Of a DNA stretch of 64,000 nt, positions 47,980 to 57,398 are shown piece by piece. The DNA is from an uncultured Bacteroidaceae bacterium (lineage in GTDB: Bacteria > Bacteroidota > Bacteroidia > Bacteroidales > GCA-2748055). Position 1 is the first letter of the stretch. Every line of letters starts with the position of its first letter. Location: assembly GCA_964426915.1 (NCBI GenBank), contig CAYRTD010000004.1, positions 1,490 through 65,489 of the forward strand, in the 5' to 3' direction. The notes under the pieces were generated by a model that was not told where the DNA came from, did no database searches, and worked only from the letters and a program-made list of their open reading frames with translations. The translations under genes were made by a program, and so were the position numbers.

Positions 47980-49305
47980 ATGGCAAATAAAGAACAAATC
48001 GTTGCAGCGGTCGATATTGGGACCACCAAGATCGTTGCTATTGTTGGTCGCATCCTCGAGAACGGACGACTCGAAGTCCTTGGCATGGGCAAAACAGTTT
48101 CCAAAGGAGTTAAGCGGGGTGTAGTGCTTAACATTGAGGAAACCGTAAATGCTATTGAGGCAACTGTAGATGAAGCTAAGGCCAGGTCGGGACTTAATTT
48201 CTCTGAAGTTTTTGTAGGAATAGCCGGTCAGCATATCAAATCTATAAGAAACAGGGGATATATTAACCGTGATTCCTATGAGGATGAAATAACAAGGAAA
48301 GATATTAACCGACTTGTGGAGGATATGAAAAAGATTCCTGTTGACGTAGCAGAGGAAATCATACATGTGCTCCCACAGAATTTTATTGTCGATAACGAAG
48401 CGGGTGTGAAAAATCCTGTAGGTATGTCAGGAAAACGTTTAGAAGCAAATTTTCATATTGTTGTAGGTCAGATCGCGTCAGCTAAAAATATTGAGAAATG
48501 CATTAACCGGGTTAATCTGAATGTTAAACAGTTGATACTCGAACCTCTCGCATCCAGCGAAGCTGTTCTCACCAGTGATGAAAAAGAGGCAGGTGTTGCC
48601 CTTGTGGATATCGGGGGTGGTACAACCGATATAGCTGTTTATTATGATGAGATAATAAGGCATACCGCGGTCATTCCATTTGGCGGAAATGCTGTTACAA
48701 GGGATATAAAGGAAGGATGTTCTATTCTGCAGCGCCAGGCCGAATCGTTAAAGATGCAGTTCGGGTCAGCTCTTGGAGATCTGGCAAAAGAAGATAAAGT
48801 TGTGACTATCCCTGGCATCAGCGGAAGGGAACCCAAAGAGATAAGCTTTAAAAGCCTCGCATACATTATTCAATCCAGAATGGAGGAGATAGTTGATGCA
48901 GTGATGTTTGAGGTCGAAAACTCGGGGTATATTGATAAACTCTCGGCAGGGATTGTGCTGACTGGTGGTGGCGCTATGCTTAGACACCTACCACAGCTGG
49001 TCAAATTTAAAACGGGCATGGATGTCAGACTGGGTTACCCGAATGAAAAACTCACCAGGGAATCAAATGAAGAAGTTAATCAGCCAATGTATTCCACATC
49101 GGTCGGACTTCTTTTAAAAGGATATGAATTCTTACTGGAAAACAATGATAATACAGCCATTGAAGAAAGTTTACCGGAACAGGAAGAGCTGATAAATAAA
49201 AGTAAGGAAAGATTCAAATCAAGAATACGTCCCAAAGGAAAACTGATTGATTCACTGAAGAGCGCTATAACCGATATATTTGATGACGAAAGTACAAATA
49301 TGTAG
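47980..49305 (+). CDS. ftsA: cell division protein FtsA
   Basis: Actin-fold motifs VDIGTTKIVA and VDIGGGTTDIAVY. VLTGGGA. Confidence 0.95.
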   Translation: MANKEQIVAAVDIGTTKIVAIVGRILENGRLEVLGMGKTVSKGVKRGVVLNIEETVNAIEATVDEAKARSGLNFSEVFVGIAGQHIKSIRNRGYINRDSYEDEITRKDINRLVEDMKKIPVDVAEEIIHVLPQNFIVDNEAGVKNPVGMSGKRLEANFHIVVGQIASAKNIEKCINRVNLNVKQLILEPLASSEAVLTSDEKEAGVALVDIGGGTTDIAVYYDEIIRHTAVIPFGGNAVTRDIKEGCSILQRQAESLKMQFGSALGDLAKEDKVVTIPGISGREPKEISFKSLAYIIQSRMEEIVDAVMFEVENSGYIDKLSAGIVLTGGGAMLRHLPQLVKFKTGMDVRLGYPNEKLTRESNEEVNQPMYSTSVGLLLKGYEFLLENNDNTAIEESLPEQEELINKSKERFKSRIRPKGKLIDSLKSAITDIFDDESTNM

Positions 49306-49337
49306 AATCATACTTTGAAAATTAAAAACCAATAGTC

Positions 49338-50786
49338 ATGGCAGAAGATCTGATGAATTTTGAACTCCCTGTAGACCGTTCTTCTATTATTAAAGTAATA
49401 GGAGTGGGAGGAGGTGGCAGTAACGCCGTAAACCATATGTATCGTAAAGGAATCAAGGATGTTAATTTCGTTGTTTGTAATACTGATGCCCAGGCTCTCA
49501 ATAATAGTCCGGTTACGGTAAAGATCCAACTCGGCGATTCTTTGACCGAAGGCCGGGGTGCAGGAAACAAACCGGAGGTAGGCAGACAGGCAGCAATTGA
49601 GAATATTGAGGAGATAACGGAGATCCTATCCCAGAATACAAAGATGGTTTTTATTACTGCGGGCATGGGCGGAGGAACAGGAACCGGAGCAGCGCCTGTT
49701 ATTGCGAAAACTGCACAGGAAATGGGTATTTTAACTGTTGCCATAGTGACCATACCCTTTCGCTTTGAAGGACAGCAAAGAATAAAACAGGCTATTGAGG
49801 GAATTGATGAACTAAAGCAGTACGTCGATTCTTTACTGGTAATAAATAATCAGAAACTGCGTGAGGTGCATGGAGATCTGAAACTGGCCCAGGCATTCGA
49901 GAAGGCTGATGATATTCTTTCCAGGGCTGCCAAGGGAATTGCTGAAATTATAACGGTACATGGTTATATAAATGTTGATTTTGCGGATGTTGAAACTGTA
50001 ATGAAAAGCTCAGGTGTTGCAATACTAGGGTCGGCTTCTGCTAATGGTGAGAACCGGGCAACCAAGGCAATTGAAGCCGCTCTTTCTTCACCACTGCTGA
50101 ATAATAATGATATTACCGGAGCGAAATCAATCCTGTTAAATATAACCTCCGGGGAAAATGAAATAAGCATGGATGAGGTAGGAGAAATTACTGATTATGT
50201 TAATCAGGCTGCAGATAAGAGCGCACTCATCATCTGGGGAACAGGTATTGATGAATCTCTCGAAGACGGTATCAGTGTAACAATTATTGCTACGGGATTC
50301 GGAACAAACAGCATTCCTGAGCTTTATACCATAAAAAAACATTATGATAAGATCCCCCTTCGAGATCAGGGGGAAAAAGGACCTTCCCAAGATGACTTTA
50401 CTGTGAAGGATAATGCTGATTACAATCAGAGGAAAATTGAATTTGAAGATGAGGGGAGTTCGGAGGAATATATTCTTTTTGATGAGTCTGTGGATGAAAA
50501 TGCCCCCCTAAATGAATCTGCAAGTAAAATAAAAGAAGAAAGAGTAAAAAAACTTAAGGAGGCTCATGAACGGATGAAGATGGATGGTTATAATACCAAA
50601 AAAGAGAACCAAACCATCGAACAGCTTGAGAATGAGCCTGCTTACGTAAGAAAAAAGATAAAGGTAAAACCGGAAACCCCTTCAACAAAACAGGACGTTT
50701 CGAAATACAGGCTTTCTGAGGATGAAGAGAAGGGGGAACCCAGGCTCAGGGAGGATAACTCTTATTTACATGATAATGTTGACTAA
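49338..50786 (+). CDS. ftsZ: cell division protein FtsZ
   Basis: Tubulin signature GMGGGTGTGAAPVIA and NTDAQAL. Long acidic linker. C-terminal conserved peptide. Confidence 0.97.
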   Translation: MAEDLMNFELPVDRSSIIKVIGVGGGGSNAVNHMYRKGIKDVNFVVCNTDAQALNNSPVTVKIQLGDSLTEGRGAGNKPEVGRQAAIENIEEITEILSQNTKMVFITAGMGGGTGTGAAPVIAKTAQEMGILTVAIVTIPFRFEGQQRIKQAIEGIDELKQYVDSLLVINNQKLREVHGDLKLAQAFEKADDILSRAAKGIAEIITVHGYINVDFADVETVMKSSGVAILGSASANGENRATKAIEAALSSPLLNNNDITGAKSILLNITSGENEISMDEVGEITDYVNQAADKSALIIWGTGIDESLEDGISVTIIATGFGTNSIPELYTIKKHYDKIPLRDQGEKGPSQDDFTVKDNADYNQRKIEFEDEGSSEEYILFDESVDENAPLNESASKIKEERVKKLKEAHERMKMDGYNTKKENQTIEQLENEPAYVRKKIKVKPETPSTKQDVSKYRLSEDEEKGEPRLREDNSYLHDNVD

Positions 50787-50806
50787 ATTATTAAACCCCG
50801 AAGCAT

Positions 50807-51256
50807 ATGAGATTTTCTGTTAGTATAGATGAAGATATTAAAAAATCGATGCGTGAAAAGGCAAGGCAAAGGCTTGATGCACTCAGGGCTGTAAAAACAG
50901 CCTTTTCTCTTGCCCGTACAGAAAAAGGAGCAGGCTCTGAGTTATCGGATGAAGAGGAGATAAAAATAATGCAAAAGCTGGTTAAGCAAAGGAATGACAG
51001 TGCTGCTATATACAGGGAACAAAACAGACCGGAACTTGCAGAAAAGGAGCTGCAGGAAGCCGAGTTTATAAAAGAGTATCTCCCAAAGCAGATGACGGAA
51101 GAGGAACTCAGTGTCTACCTGAGAAAATTAATTGATGTTATGGATGCGGAAGGGATGAAGGATATGGGTAGAGTAATGGGCAGAGCAAGTTCCGAACTTG
51201 CAGGAATGGCGGATGGTAAAACAATATCGGCAATTGTGAAAAAACTTTTGCAGTAA
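50807..51256 (+). CDS. GatB/YqeY domain protein
   Basis: 149 aa. KSMREKARQRLDALRAVKTAF...EYLPKQMTEEEL matches the YqeY family pattern. Confidence 0.9.
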   Translation: MRFSVSIDEDIKKSMREKARQRLDALRAVKTAFSLARTEKGAGSELSDEEEIKIMQKLVKQRNDSAAIYREQNRPELAEKELQEAEFIKEYLPKQMTEEELSVYLRKLIDVMDAEGMKDMGRVMGRASSELAGMADGKTISAIVKKLLQ

Positions 51257-51260
51257 ATAT

Positions 51261-51304
51261 AAAACCCCGGAGTATGCAATTAAGCGTTAACCGGGGTTTT
51301 TTAT
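51261..51304. terminator. bidirectional intrinsic terminator between the YqeY gene and the ppiD-like gene
   Basis: AAAACCCCGG (51261-51270) ... CCGGGGTTTT (51291-51300), followed by TTATTTT. T-rich on the opposite strand as well. Confidence 0.7.
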
Positions 51305-51377
51305 TTTATATTTCTTATCCGGGTGGTTCCGGATGCATATCAAAAGAAGGATAAACTACTTTTCTTAATAAAGCAGG

Positions 51378-53516
51378 TTAATAAAACCTGATCCTGTTAT
51401 CTTCAATGTTCGCATTTTCGATAAGTGCCTGGTATCCCTGATAGGCAACGCGGCTTTCAAGCATATATTTCAGCCTGAATTGGGCGGATGCGACATCCGG
51501 ATCCTCAGGTATGGTCTTATCTGTTACTTCTATAAGGAAAACGCTGTTCTCACCGATAAAGGGTTCTGAAAGTTCTCCCTCAGGAATAATCATGGCTTTG
51601 GAAACAACTTTTGGTTCAAGTCCGGCTGGATTTATATAGGGATTGGCAAGTCTTACTTTCTCCGCTTCAAGTATCTCTGTATTCAGAGCTTCGGCAACAG
51701 CATCGAGACCGGATAAACCGGAAATACTTTCTTTGACTTCCTGCAGAACCTTTTCAAGCTTTTTCTGTTTGGCTACAATTACCTCGATTTCATTGCGGAC
51801 GTCTTCAAAAGGAGCGATCCCTTCATGATTTACATTTGTAAGTGCAGCAACAATATATTTATCACTCAGATCAAATATCTGACTTATTGTTCCTTCTTCA
51901 TTTTCAAAGGACCAGCGGATGATTTCCCTGGCATTTTCCAGCCCGGGCAGGTCTTTCGTACTTTTATCGAACTCAGTTGCAAAGCGTGGCGTAAGCCCTT
52001 TTTCACTATACTGCTCGCGAAACTCCTGAAGACTTGTTGCTTTGCTTCTGAATTCTACGGAGTTGGAATAAATGGTCTGATAAGTAGCGTCGCTTGGAAC
52101 TACCTGTCTTTCAACAACAGCCAGATTTACTTTCCTTACCCTTGGACTCTGGTTTATTATTTTAATAACATGATAACCGAAGTTTGTCTTTACAACACCG
52201 AGATCTCCTGTTTCATTTTCAAAGGCAAAATCACTGAAAGGCTTCACCATCGCACCTTCTGTGAACCATCCCAGATCACCGCCTATACTGCTGTTAGACT
52301 GATCGGCCGAGAACTCCCTTGCGAGGTTACTGAAATCTGCACCTCCCTGGATCACGGTTAGGAGGCTGTCTGCTATAGTTTCAGCACGTCTGTCATCCCG
52401 CTGGACAGAAAGTGAAATTAATATGTGTCTTGCTCTTACTGAGTCGGGAACCATTGTAAAATCAAGTACCCTGGCCAGTTTGTAGGAACCGTCCTCAAAG
52501 TATGGACCTGCAACATACCCGGGTTCTGAATTAAATATGGAATCGGCATATGCTTCAGGTAATTCTTCTTTGGAATAATTAATATCCCTGTAAGGTAGGT
52601 CGGAATTGCTATTTACAAAACCAACAGGATTTTCAGTGCGTTCAAAGGCATCCTTACTTTGTTGAATATAGGCTAAAGCCTTCTGATCGTCTTCTGCCGA
52701 AGGTTCAATTGGGAATAAAACATATTCAATGCTCCGGGTTTCGTCCTGACGGTATTCATTTTTATGCTCTTCGTAGTAACTTTTCAGATCCGACTCGCTG
52801 TAGCTGATATCTTCATCAGAAACGCTATTAAACCCAACAGATACAAAATCGAAACTAACGGATGAGTTTGATTCGTGCGCGAAATTTCTGGCATCGAGGC
52901 TGTTCGGCTGCATTCCTTTTTGAACCAGTGTAAAATACTTTTGTCTTTCCCTGTCATCAACAATCTGGTTTTCAATATATACCCATTGTCTTCTTTCTTC
53001 CTGGTACATGTCTGTGCTGATGGCATTAAAATAATTAAGCATCTGGAAACGGTTGAATTCGCCTGTTTCCGGATTTGTGAACATTCTGCGAACCATTGGA
53101 TGGGGTTCTTCAGCCAGGATCCTGGTATTACCTGCACTTACGGAATCACCAAGAAGCATTGTTTTCAGTTCATCTACACTTACCCGGATGCCCAGGTTTT
53201 CAATTGTATTTCCCAGAACGATATCCTGCACTGTCGATCTCCAGACTTCCTCCCGTATCTCTTCCAGGGTTTCCTGATCCAAAGTAGTTAACTGATAATT
53301 ACTTCTGTAAAAATCGGCCAATTCTTCAATTTTCGAATTATATTCCATGTAGCCGATTGATTTTCCGTCAATCTCCGCTACTTCCATCCTGTCACGGGAA
53401 AAAACCGAAGGTCCTGAGCTGAATAAATCACCGAGAATAAATGCCAGTAAGGCTAATCCGATAATAACTGCAACAAGCACACCCGCTTTGTTCCTGATAT
53501 TCTGTAAAGTTGCCAT
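51378..53516 (-). CDS. PpiD-like periplasmic chaperone / peptidylprolyl isomerase
   Basis: N-terminal TM, a SurA-N-like region, and a parvulin domain (ARHILI...GGDLGWF...FGYHVIK). 712 aa. Confidence 0.85.
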   Translation of the reverse strand: MATLQNIRNKAGVLVAVIIGLALLAFILGDLFSSGPSVFSRDRMEVAEIDGKSIGYMEYNSKIEELADFYRSNYQLTTLDQETLEEIREEVWRSTVQDIVLGNTIENLGIRVSVDELKTMLLGDSVSAGNTRILAEEPHPMVRRMFTNPETGEFNRFQMLNYFNAISTDMYQEERRQWVYIENQIVDDRERQKYFTLVQKGMQPNSLDARNFAHESNSSVSFDFVSVGFNSVSDEDISYSESDLKSYYEEHKNEYRQDETRSIEYVLFPIEPSAEDDQKALAYIQQSKDAFERTENPVGFVNSNSDLPYRDINYSKEELPEAYADSIFNSEPGYVAGPYFEDGSYKLARVLDFTMVPDSVRARHILISLSVQRDDRRAETIADSLLTVIQGGADFSNLAREFSADQSNSSIGGDLGWFTEGAMVKPFSDFAFENETGDLGVVKTNFGYHVIKIINQSPRVRKVNLAVVERQVVPSDATYQTIYSNSVEFRSKATSLQEFREQYSEKGLTPRFATEFDKSTKDLPGLENAREIIRWSFENEEGTISQIFDLSDKYIVAALTNVNHEGIAPFEDVRNEIEVIVAKQKKLEKVLQEVKESISGLSGLDAVAEALNTEILEAEKVRLANPYINPAGLEPKVVSKAMIIPEGELSEPFIGENSVFLIEVTDKTIPEDPDVASAQFRLKYMLESRVAYQGYQALIENANIEDNRIRFY

Positions 53517-53600
53517 TTAATTTGTTTTTAGACTGTTTTTTTCAGGCTACGAAGATAGTAATTTCCATTAATTTAGCTTAGGAAATGGGAAAAAATGTTT

Positions 53601-53641
53601 GGGCAGGGATTGGGGAATGGGATAGGGGGTTGGGGGTGGGG
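53601..53641 (+). other. G-run tract (seven runs of G3-G5); potential G-quadruplex, or i-motif on the coding-side strand
   Basis: GGGCAGGGATTGGGGAATGGGATAGGGGGTTGGGGGTGGGG lies in an otherwise AT-rich intergenic region, 85-125 nt upstream of the ppiD-like start codon. Confidence 0.5.
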
Positions 53642-53751
53642 TAAGAATGCTTTCAGATAGTAAGTTCTTTTAAAAAGCTTATTACTTTTAGATAGCATTT
53701 ATTAATGTTATCCCTGCAAAACATGGGCAAAGAATCCCTGTGAAGCCCGGG

Positions 53752-55029
53752 TCAATCTACATGCAGACGTTTTACATGTACCAGTTCTATCCTGGTTTGG
53801 GAGACTTTTAAAATTCGATATTGATAACCACTTATGATTACCAGGTTATTTAATTTTGGAATACTTTCGTGATGATGAATGATATACCCTGCAAGGGTAT
53901 CGTATTCTTCGGAAACGGGAATCTCAAGTTTGTATTTATCATTCAGATAATCGATCTCAAGCCTTCCTGAAAAGACATATTCATATTCATTTATTTGCCT
54001 TTCAATAAACTCAACGGTATCATGCTCATCTTCGATTTCACCAAAAATTTCTTCAATAATATCTTCCAGTGTAACAATTCCTGATGTTCCTCCAAATTCA
54101 TCAACCACAAGGGAAATAGTTTTTCTTTCTTTAATAAGTTTTCTGAAAAGTTTATTGACATTCATAGTCTCAGGTACAATGGAAAGCGGGACAAGCTTTG
54201 ATTTTATGCTGGCAGGTGCTTTGAAGAGATCTTTGGTGCTGATGTAGCCGGTCATATTATCGATAGAATCTTCAAAAATCAAAATCTTGGAATAACCTGT
54301 TTCGGTAAATCTTTTTTTCAGCTCTTCAAGACTGCTGTTAATTTCCATAGCCTCTATTTCAGTTCTGGGTACCATGCAGTCGCGAACTTTCAGTCTGGAA
54401 AATTCGAGTGCATTTTGAAAGATCTTTTTTTCAGGTTCTTCATACATCCTTTGTTCATCTGGTGTCTGACTTTCATTTACCAGGTGATCCAGATCGACTT
54501 TTCCAAAAACCGGATTTTGGCTTTCACTTCTCATTCTTACTCGAATTCCCAGTATGAATCGCATGATAAAATTGGTGAAACTAATGGTTATCAGGGTAAC
54601 AGGATAAAGGAGTATATAAAAAATAAAGACTGGCACAGAGAAAATATTCAAGGTGAGATTGGGTCGGCTTCTGAATATGGTTTTAGGCAAAAATTCGGCG
54701 GTGAAAAGTATTACAAGGGTTCCTATGAGGATCTGGAGAAAAAGTATAAGTACTTCATTATGAACGTTTAGATGATTCAGCAGGATAGGATGCAGGACCC
54801 GGGCGACAAAGAACCCGTAGATTACCAGTGCTATATTGTTGCCAACGAGCATGGTAGCGATAAAATGTCCCGGGTTTTTCAGAAAAAGACTAACTATGCG
54901 GGATGAAAACAGCCCATGTTTCCTGTCCAGTTCAATCTTTAACCGGTTGGACGATATGTATGCAATCTCCATGCCGGAAAAAAAAGCCGAAAGGATCAGG
55001 CTGATGATAATTATGAGAGCAGATGGCAT
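53752..55029 (-). CDS. CNNM/DUF21-CBS-CorC_HlyC family protein (hemolysin/GldE-like)
   Basis: N-terminal 4-TM DUF21, a CBS pair (VRDCMVPRTEI...), and a C-terminal CorC/HlyC transporter-associated domain. Confidence 0.85.
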   Translation of the reverse strand: MPSALIIIISLILSAFFSGMEIAYISSNRLKIELDRKHGLFSSRIVSLFLKNPGHFIATMLVGNNIALVIYGFFVARVLHPILLNHLNVHNEVLILFLQILIGTLVILFTAEFLPKTIFRSRPNLTLNIFSVPVFIFYILLYPVTLITISFTNFIMRFILGIRVRMRSESQNPVFGKVDLDHLVNESQTPDEQRMYEEPEKKIFQNALEFSRLKVRDCMVPRTEIEAMEINSSLEELKKRFTETGYSKILIFEDSIDNMTGYISTKDLFKAPASIKSKLVPLSIVPETMNVNKLFRKLIKERKTISLVVDEFGGTSGIVTLEDIIEEIFGEIEDEHDTVEFIERQINEYEYVFSGRLEIDYLNDKYKLEIPVSEEYDTLAGYIIHHHESIPKLNNLVIISGYQYRILKVSQTRIELVHVKRLHVD

Positions 55030-55034
55030 ATAAT

Positions 55035-55235
55035 TTATTCCTTAGGGTTAGGTTCTTTTTGTCCCCGGTTTCTTCTCAATATATAAAAGACAGAAGCAAG
55101 AACAAAAATAATAAAAAAGGTAAGGCCTTCAGCTATTCCCCTGGTTATAAATGCATGTATGCATGTGATTGCTGAAAGAACGGCTGCGATAAGCCAGATA
55201 ATTTCCATAAACCGGTTACTCTTCCGGGATTTCAT
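55035..55235 (-). CDS. small two-TM membrane protein (hypothetical)
   Basis: 57-66 aa depending on the start (MEIIWL at 55208 is the alternative). Tightly packed between lptC and the CNNM gene. Confidence 0.4.
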   Translation of the reverse strand: MKSRKSNRFMEIIWLIAAVLSAITCIHAFITRGIAEGLTFFIIFVLASVFYILRRNRGQKEPNPKE

Positions 55236-55821
55236 CTTCTTTTCCTTCTTTAATTTTAACGGTCCCCCTGGAGCTTTTTAGCCGCCATTTCGTAAAGCGC
55301 TGATTGGATTCGAAACCGTCCTGCCCGTAAAATGTCCCGTCTTCGGTTTCAATTCTTGAAAAACTATTGGAATAGATCTTCTTCTTGTTCTCATCCCAGA
55401 ATAATTCTTCTGTATTTAACTTTTCTCCTTTTCCTATATTATGGGCAACAACATTTCCTTTTGCTTCCCAGAGTTTTTCATCATTATAGTATATGGCATA
55501 GTTAGCGGTGATTTCCGATTCAACCTTCATGCTGTCATCAAAAAACCTTACGAACATTCCTTCCGGAAACTCAATATATGGTCTTTCTGTATTTCCGAAT
55601 CTTTTTATTCTTTCCGCCTCGAGTATCATGCTGAGATTGGCAGAGTCAGTATAAATGATCTCTACCTTTTGGGCATGCACATCGGGAAGATCAGAAGGAT
55701 CCGTCAGAGATTTTATCTTTTCAATATCAGTTTCACAGGAAAACAAAAGAAAAAAAACTCCCGGAAAAACCAGGAGTTTTTTAATGAAATGAAATACTAT
55801 TTTCTTTTTAAGGAGATACAT
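55216..55821 (-). CDS. lptC: LptC-like LPS export periplasmic lipoprotein
   Basis: Lipobox LLFSC and an OstA/LptC-like beta-jellyroll sequence. It sits in the conserved Bacteroidota context coaX-OMP-TPR-lptC-CNNM-ppiD. Confidence 0.6.
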   Translation of the reverse strand: MYLLKKKIVFHFIKKLLVFPGVFFLLFSCETDIEKIKSLTDPSDLPDVHAQKVEIIYTDSANLSMILEAERIKRFGNTERPYIEFPEGMFVRFFDDSMKVESEITANYAIYYNDEKLWEAKGNVVAHNIGKGEKLNTEELFWDENKKKIYSNSFSRIETEDGTFYGQDGFESNQRFTKWRLKSSRGTVKIKEGKEDEIPEE

Positions 55822-55833
55822 CTTTTTTATTTG

Positions 55834-56069
55834 AGTCCGTCAATAAATTCAGCAGTGCAGATATCGGACTTTATGGACAGACTCTATTTAGTGTCCGTCA
55901 ATAAAGTCAAGTGTTTGATTCAGAAAGTTCGATATCAAGGCTTGCGACCGCGTGTCGCTGAAGCTTTAGCGGAGGCACAAGCCCCAAAAAGCGCAGTTTA
56001 CTGATGTAAATGAGCATTTTTGGGGCGAGCATAACGCAGATAGCGGACTTTATGGACAAACACTATTTA
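55834..56069 (+). repeat. mosaic repeat family 1, full copy with extra GC-rich module
   Basis: 34-nt direct repeats GCAGATATCGGACTTTATGGACAGACTCTATTTA (55857-55890) and GCAGATAGCGGACTTTATGGACAAACACTATTTA (56036-56069). GTCCGTCAATAAA occurs twice. The box GTTCGATATCAAGGCTTGCGA and an inserted module TGTCGCTGAAGCTTTAGCGGAGG are present. 46-nt hairpin at 55981-56026. Confidence 0.75.
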
Positions 56070-57385
56070 GGTCTTGCCTGAGTTGTTCTGTTTATCCATC
56101 CCCCAACAGTATACCTGTCACCTTCGGCGATACTGTGAAAAAACAGGTCTTCTTTGGATGGAAAATATTGCTTATACTCATTGATTAGGTTTGCGGCTTT
56201 TTCTGAAACTGAAGGATCGACATTTTTTGCCTTCTGAAACATATCTACAGCTACCCAGTAGGCAGTCCTTTTCTCAAAATCATCCCCAAGGGAAGAATTA
56301 CCGGAAATGTAGGCTATTCCCATAAGAATCAGCGGATCTCCCCATTCGGGTTTCAGTTCTGCAGCCTGAGATGCATATTTAACAGCATCGGACGGATTAT
56401 CCAGGTATTGCTGTGAAAGAGCGGCAAGTGAATAAAGGTAGTCAGCTTTTTTATCATCTTCTTCAGCTGCTTCAATAGCTTCCAGATAATAATCCTTACT
56501 TTTCTGATATTGTTCCTTCCTCATGAAAAGACGGCCGAGATTATAAGCTGCCTCTGCTGAAGGTTTCAGTGAATAAAGCTGTTCTGAAACTTCTGCATAT
56601 AAGGGATCCATTTCACAATCTCCGGCATCGTTCAGAAATCCTGAGACCTTTTCAAGAAAATCTATGTCGTCTTTGTTTTCTTCAAATTTCGGTCCGTAAA
56701 TATTAACGATAGCATCACAGGTCATAACTTTGCAATCTTTGATGTTTGCTTCAACAGCTTCTTTTGCCTTTTTGGTCCTCGAAGAAGGCCGGGCGGCGAG
56801 TTGTTTATCGAGTATATCGTTAGAAGTAACATAACTGCTGATCAGGTCTTCTCCCTCGAGCATTCCGTTCATGAATAATGAAATGCCGGCAGAAATCATG
56901 GTAGTTATTACTACCGGACTGGATTCATCTCCTTCTATTTCGACCGATTCTTTAAGAGTTTCATAGCCCTCTTTAATGTATTCAGGCCCGTCATTTCTCC
57001 TGTAACGTAAAAGATCCACTCCTTTTCTTCCGAGAATATCTCCTTTTTTCTTAGGAAAATATTCGATCCTGGCATCATATAACATCATCATGGAATCGAC
57101 ATAAGCTGCTTTTTCTGCCTGACCCTGAGATTCCTTAAGAAAATACCTGTATATATTTACTCCATAAGCATATGTGCTTTCTTTCCATTCGGGACACTGT
57201 TGATACAGGTCTCTCCATGGCTTCAGTGCATCCTTGTAATTTTTATGCTTGTAAAACTCATAATATAATGAGTAATTCTTTTTGCATTCATTGGGAACAT
57301 CTTTTGTCCCCGGCTGGGTATAAGCATTAATGCTGAATATCCCGAGCACCGCAACTAAAAATAATTTCAATCCTTTTGTTTTCAT
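56063..57385 (-). CDS. TPR-repeat protein (secreted)
   Basis: Signal peptide when started at the ATG at 57385 (MKTKGLKLFLVAVLGIFSINAYTQ). Multiple TPR-like helical pairs. Confidence 0.75.
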   Translation of the reverse strand: MKTKGLKLFLVAVLGIFSINAYTQPGTKDVPNECKKNYSLYYEFYKHKNYKDALKPWRDLYQQCPEWKESTYAYGVNIYRYFLKESQGQAEKAAYVDSMMMLYDARIEYFPKKKGDILGRKGVDLLRYRRNDGPEYIKEGYETLKESVEIEGDESSPVVITTMISAGISLFMNGMLEGEDLISSYVTSNDILDKQLAARPSSRTKKAKEAVEANIKDCKVMTCDAIVNIYGPKFEENKDDIDFLEKVSGFLNDAGDCEMDPLYAEVSEQLYSLKPSAEAAYNLGRLFMRKEQYQKSKDYYLEAIEAAEEDDKKADYLYSLAALSQQYLDNPSDAVKYASQAAELKPEWGDPLILMGIAYISGNSSLGDDFEKRTAYWVAVDMFQKAKNVDPSVSEKAANLINEYKQYFPSKEDLFFHSIAEGDRYTVGGWINRTTQARPK

Positions 57386-57398
57386 GGTTCTAAATATT

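Noticed and set aside
35587-50786. Absence of murF and ddl from the dcw cluster
   Set aside because: As far as I recall, the order mraZ-rsmH-ftsL-ftsI-murE-mraY-murD-ftsW-murG-murC-ftsQ-ftsA-ftsZ, with murF and ddl encoded elsewhere, is the usual Bacteroidota arrangement. It is not an anomaly.
53585-53644. 19-codon ORF MGKNVWAGIGEWDRGLGVG encoded by the G-run tract
   Set aside because: I did not check for a ribosome-binding context. There is no downstream + strand gene it could serve as a leader for, and its Gly/Trp richness is a direct consequence of the G-runs. I treat it as coincidental.
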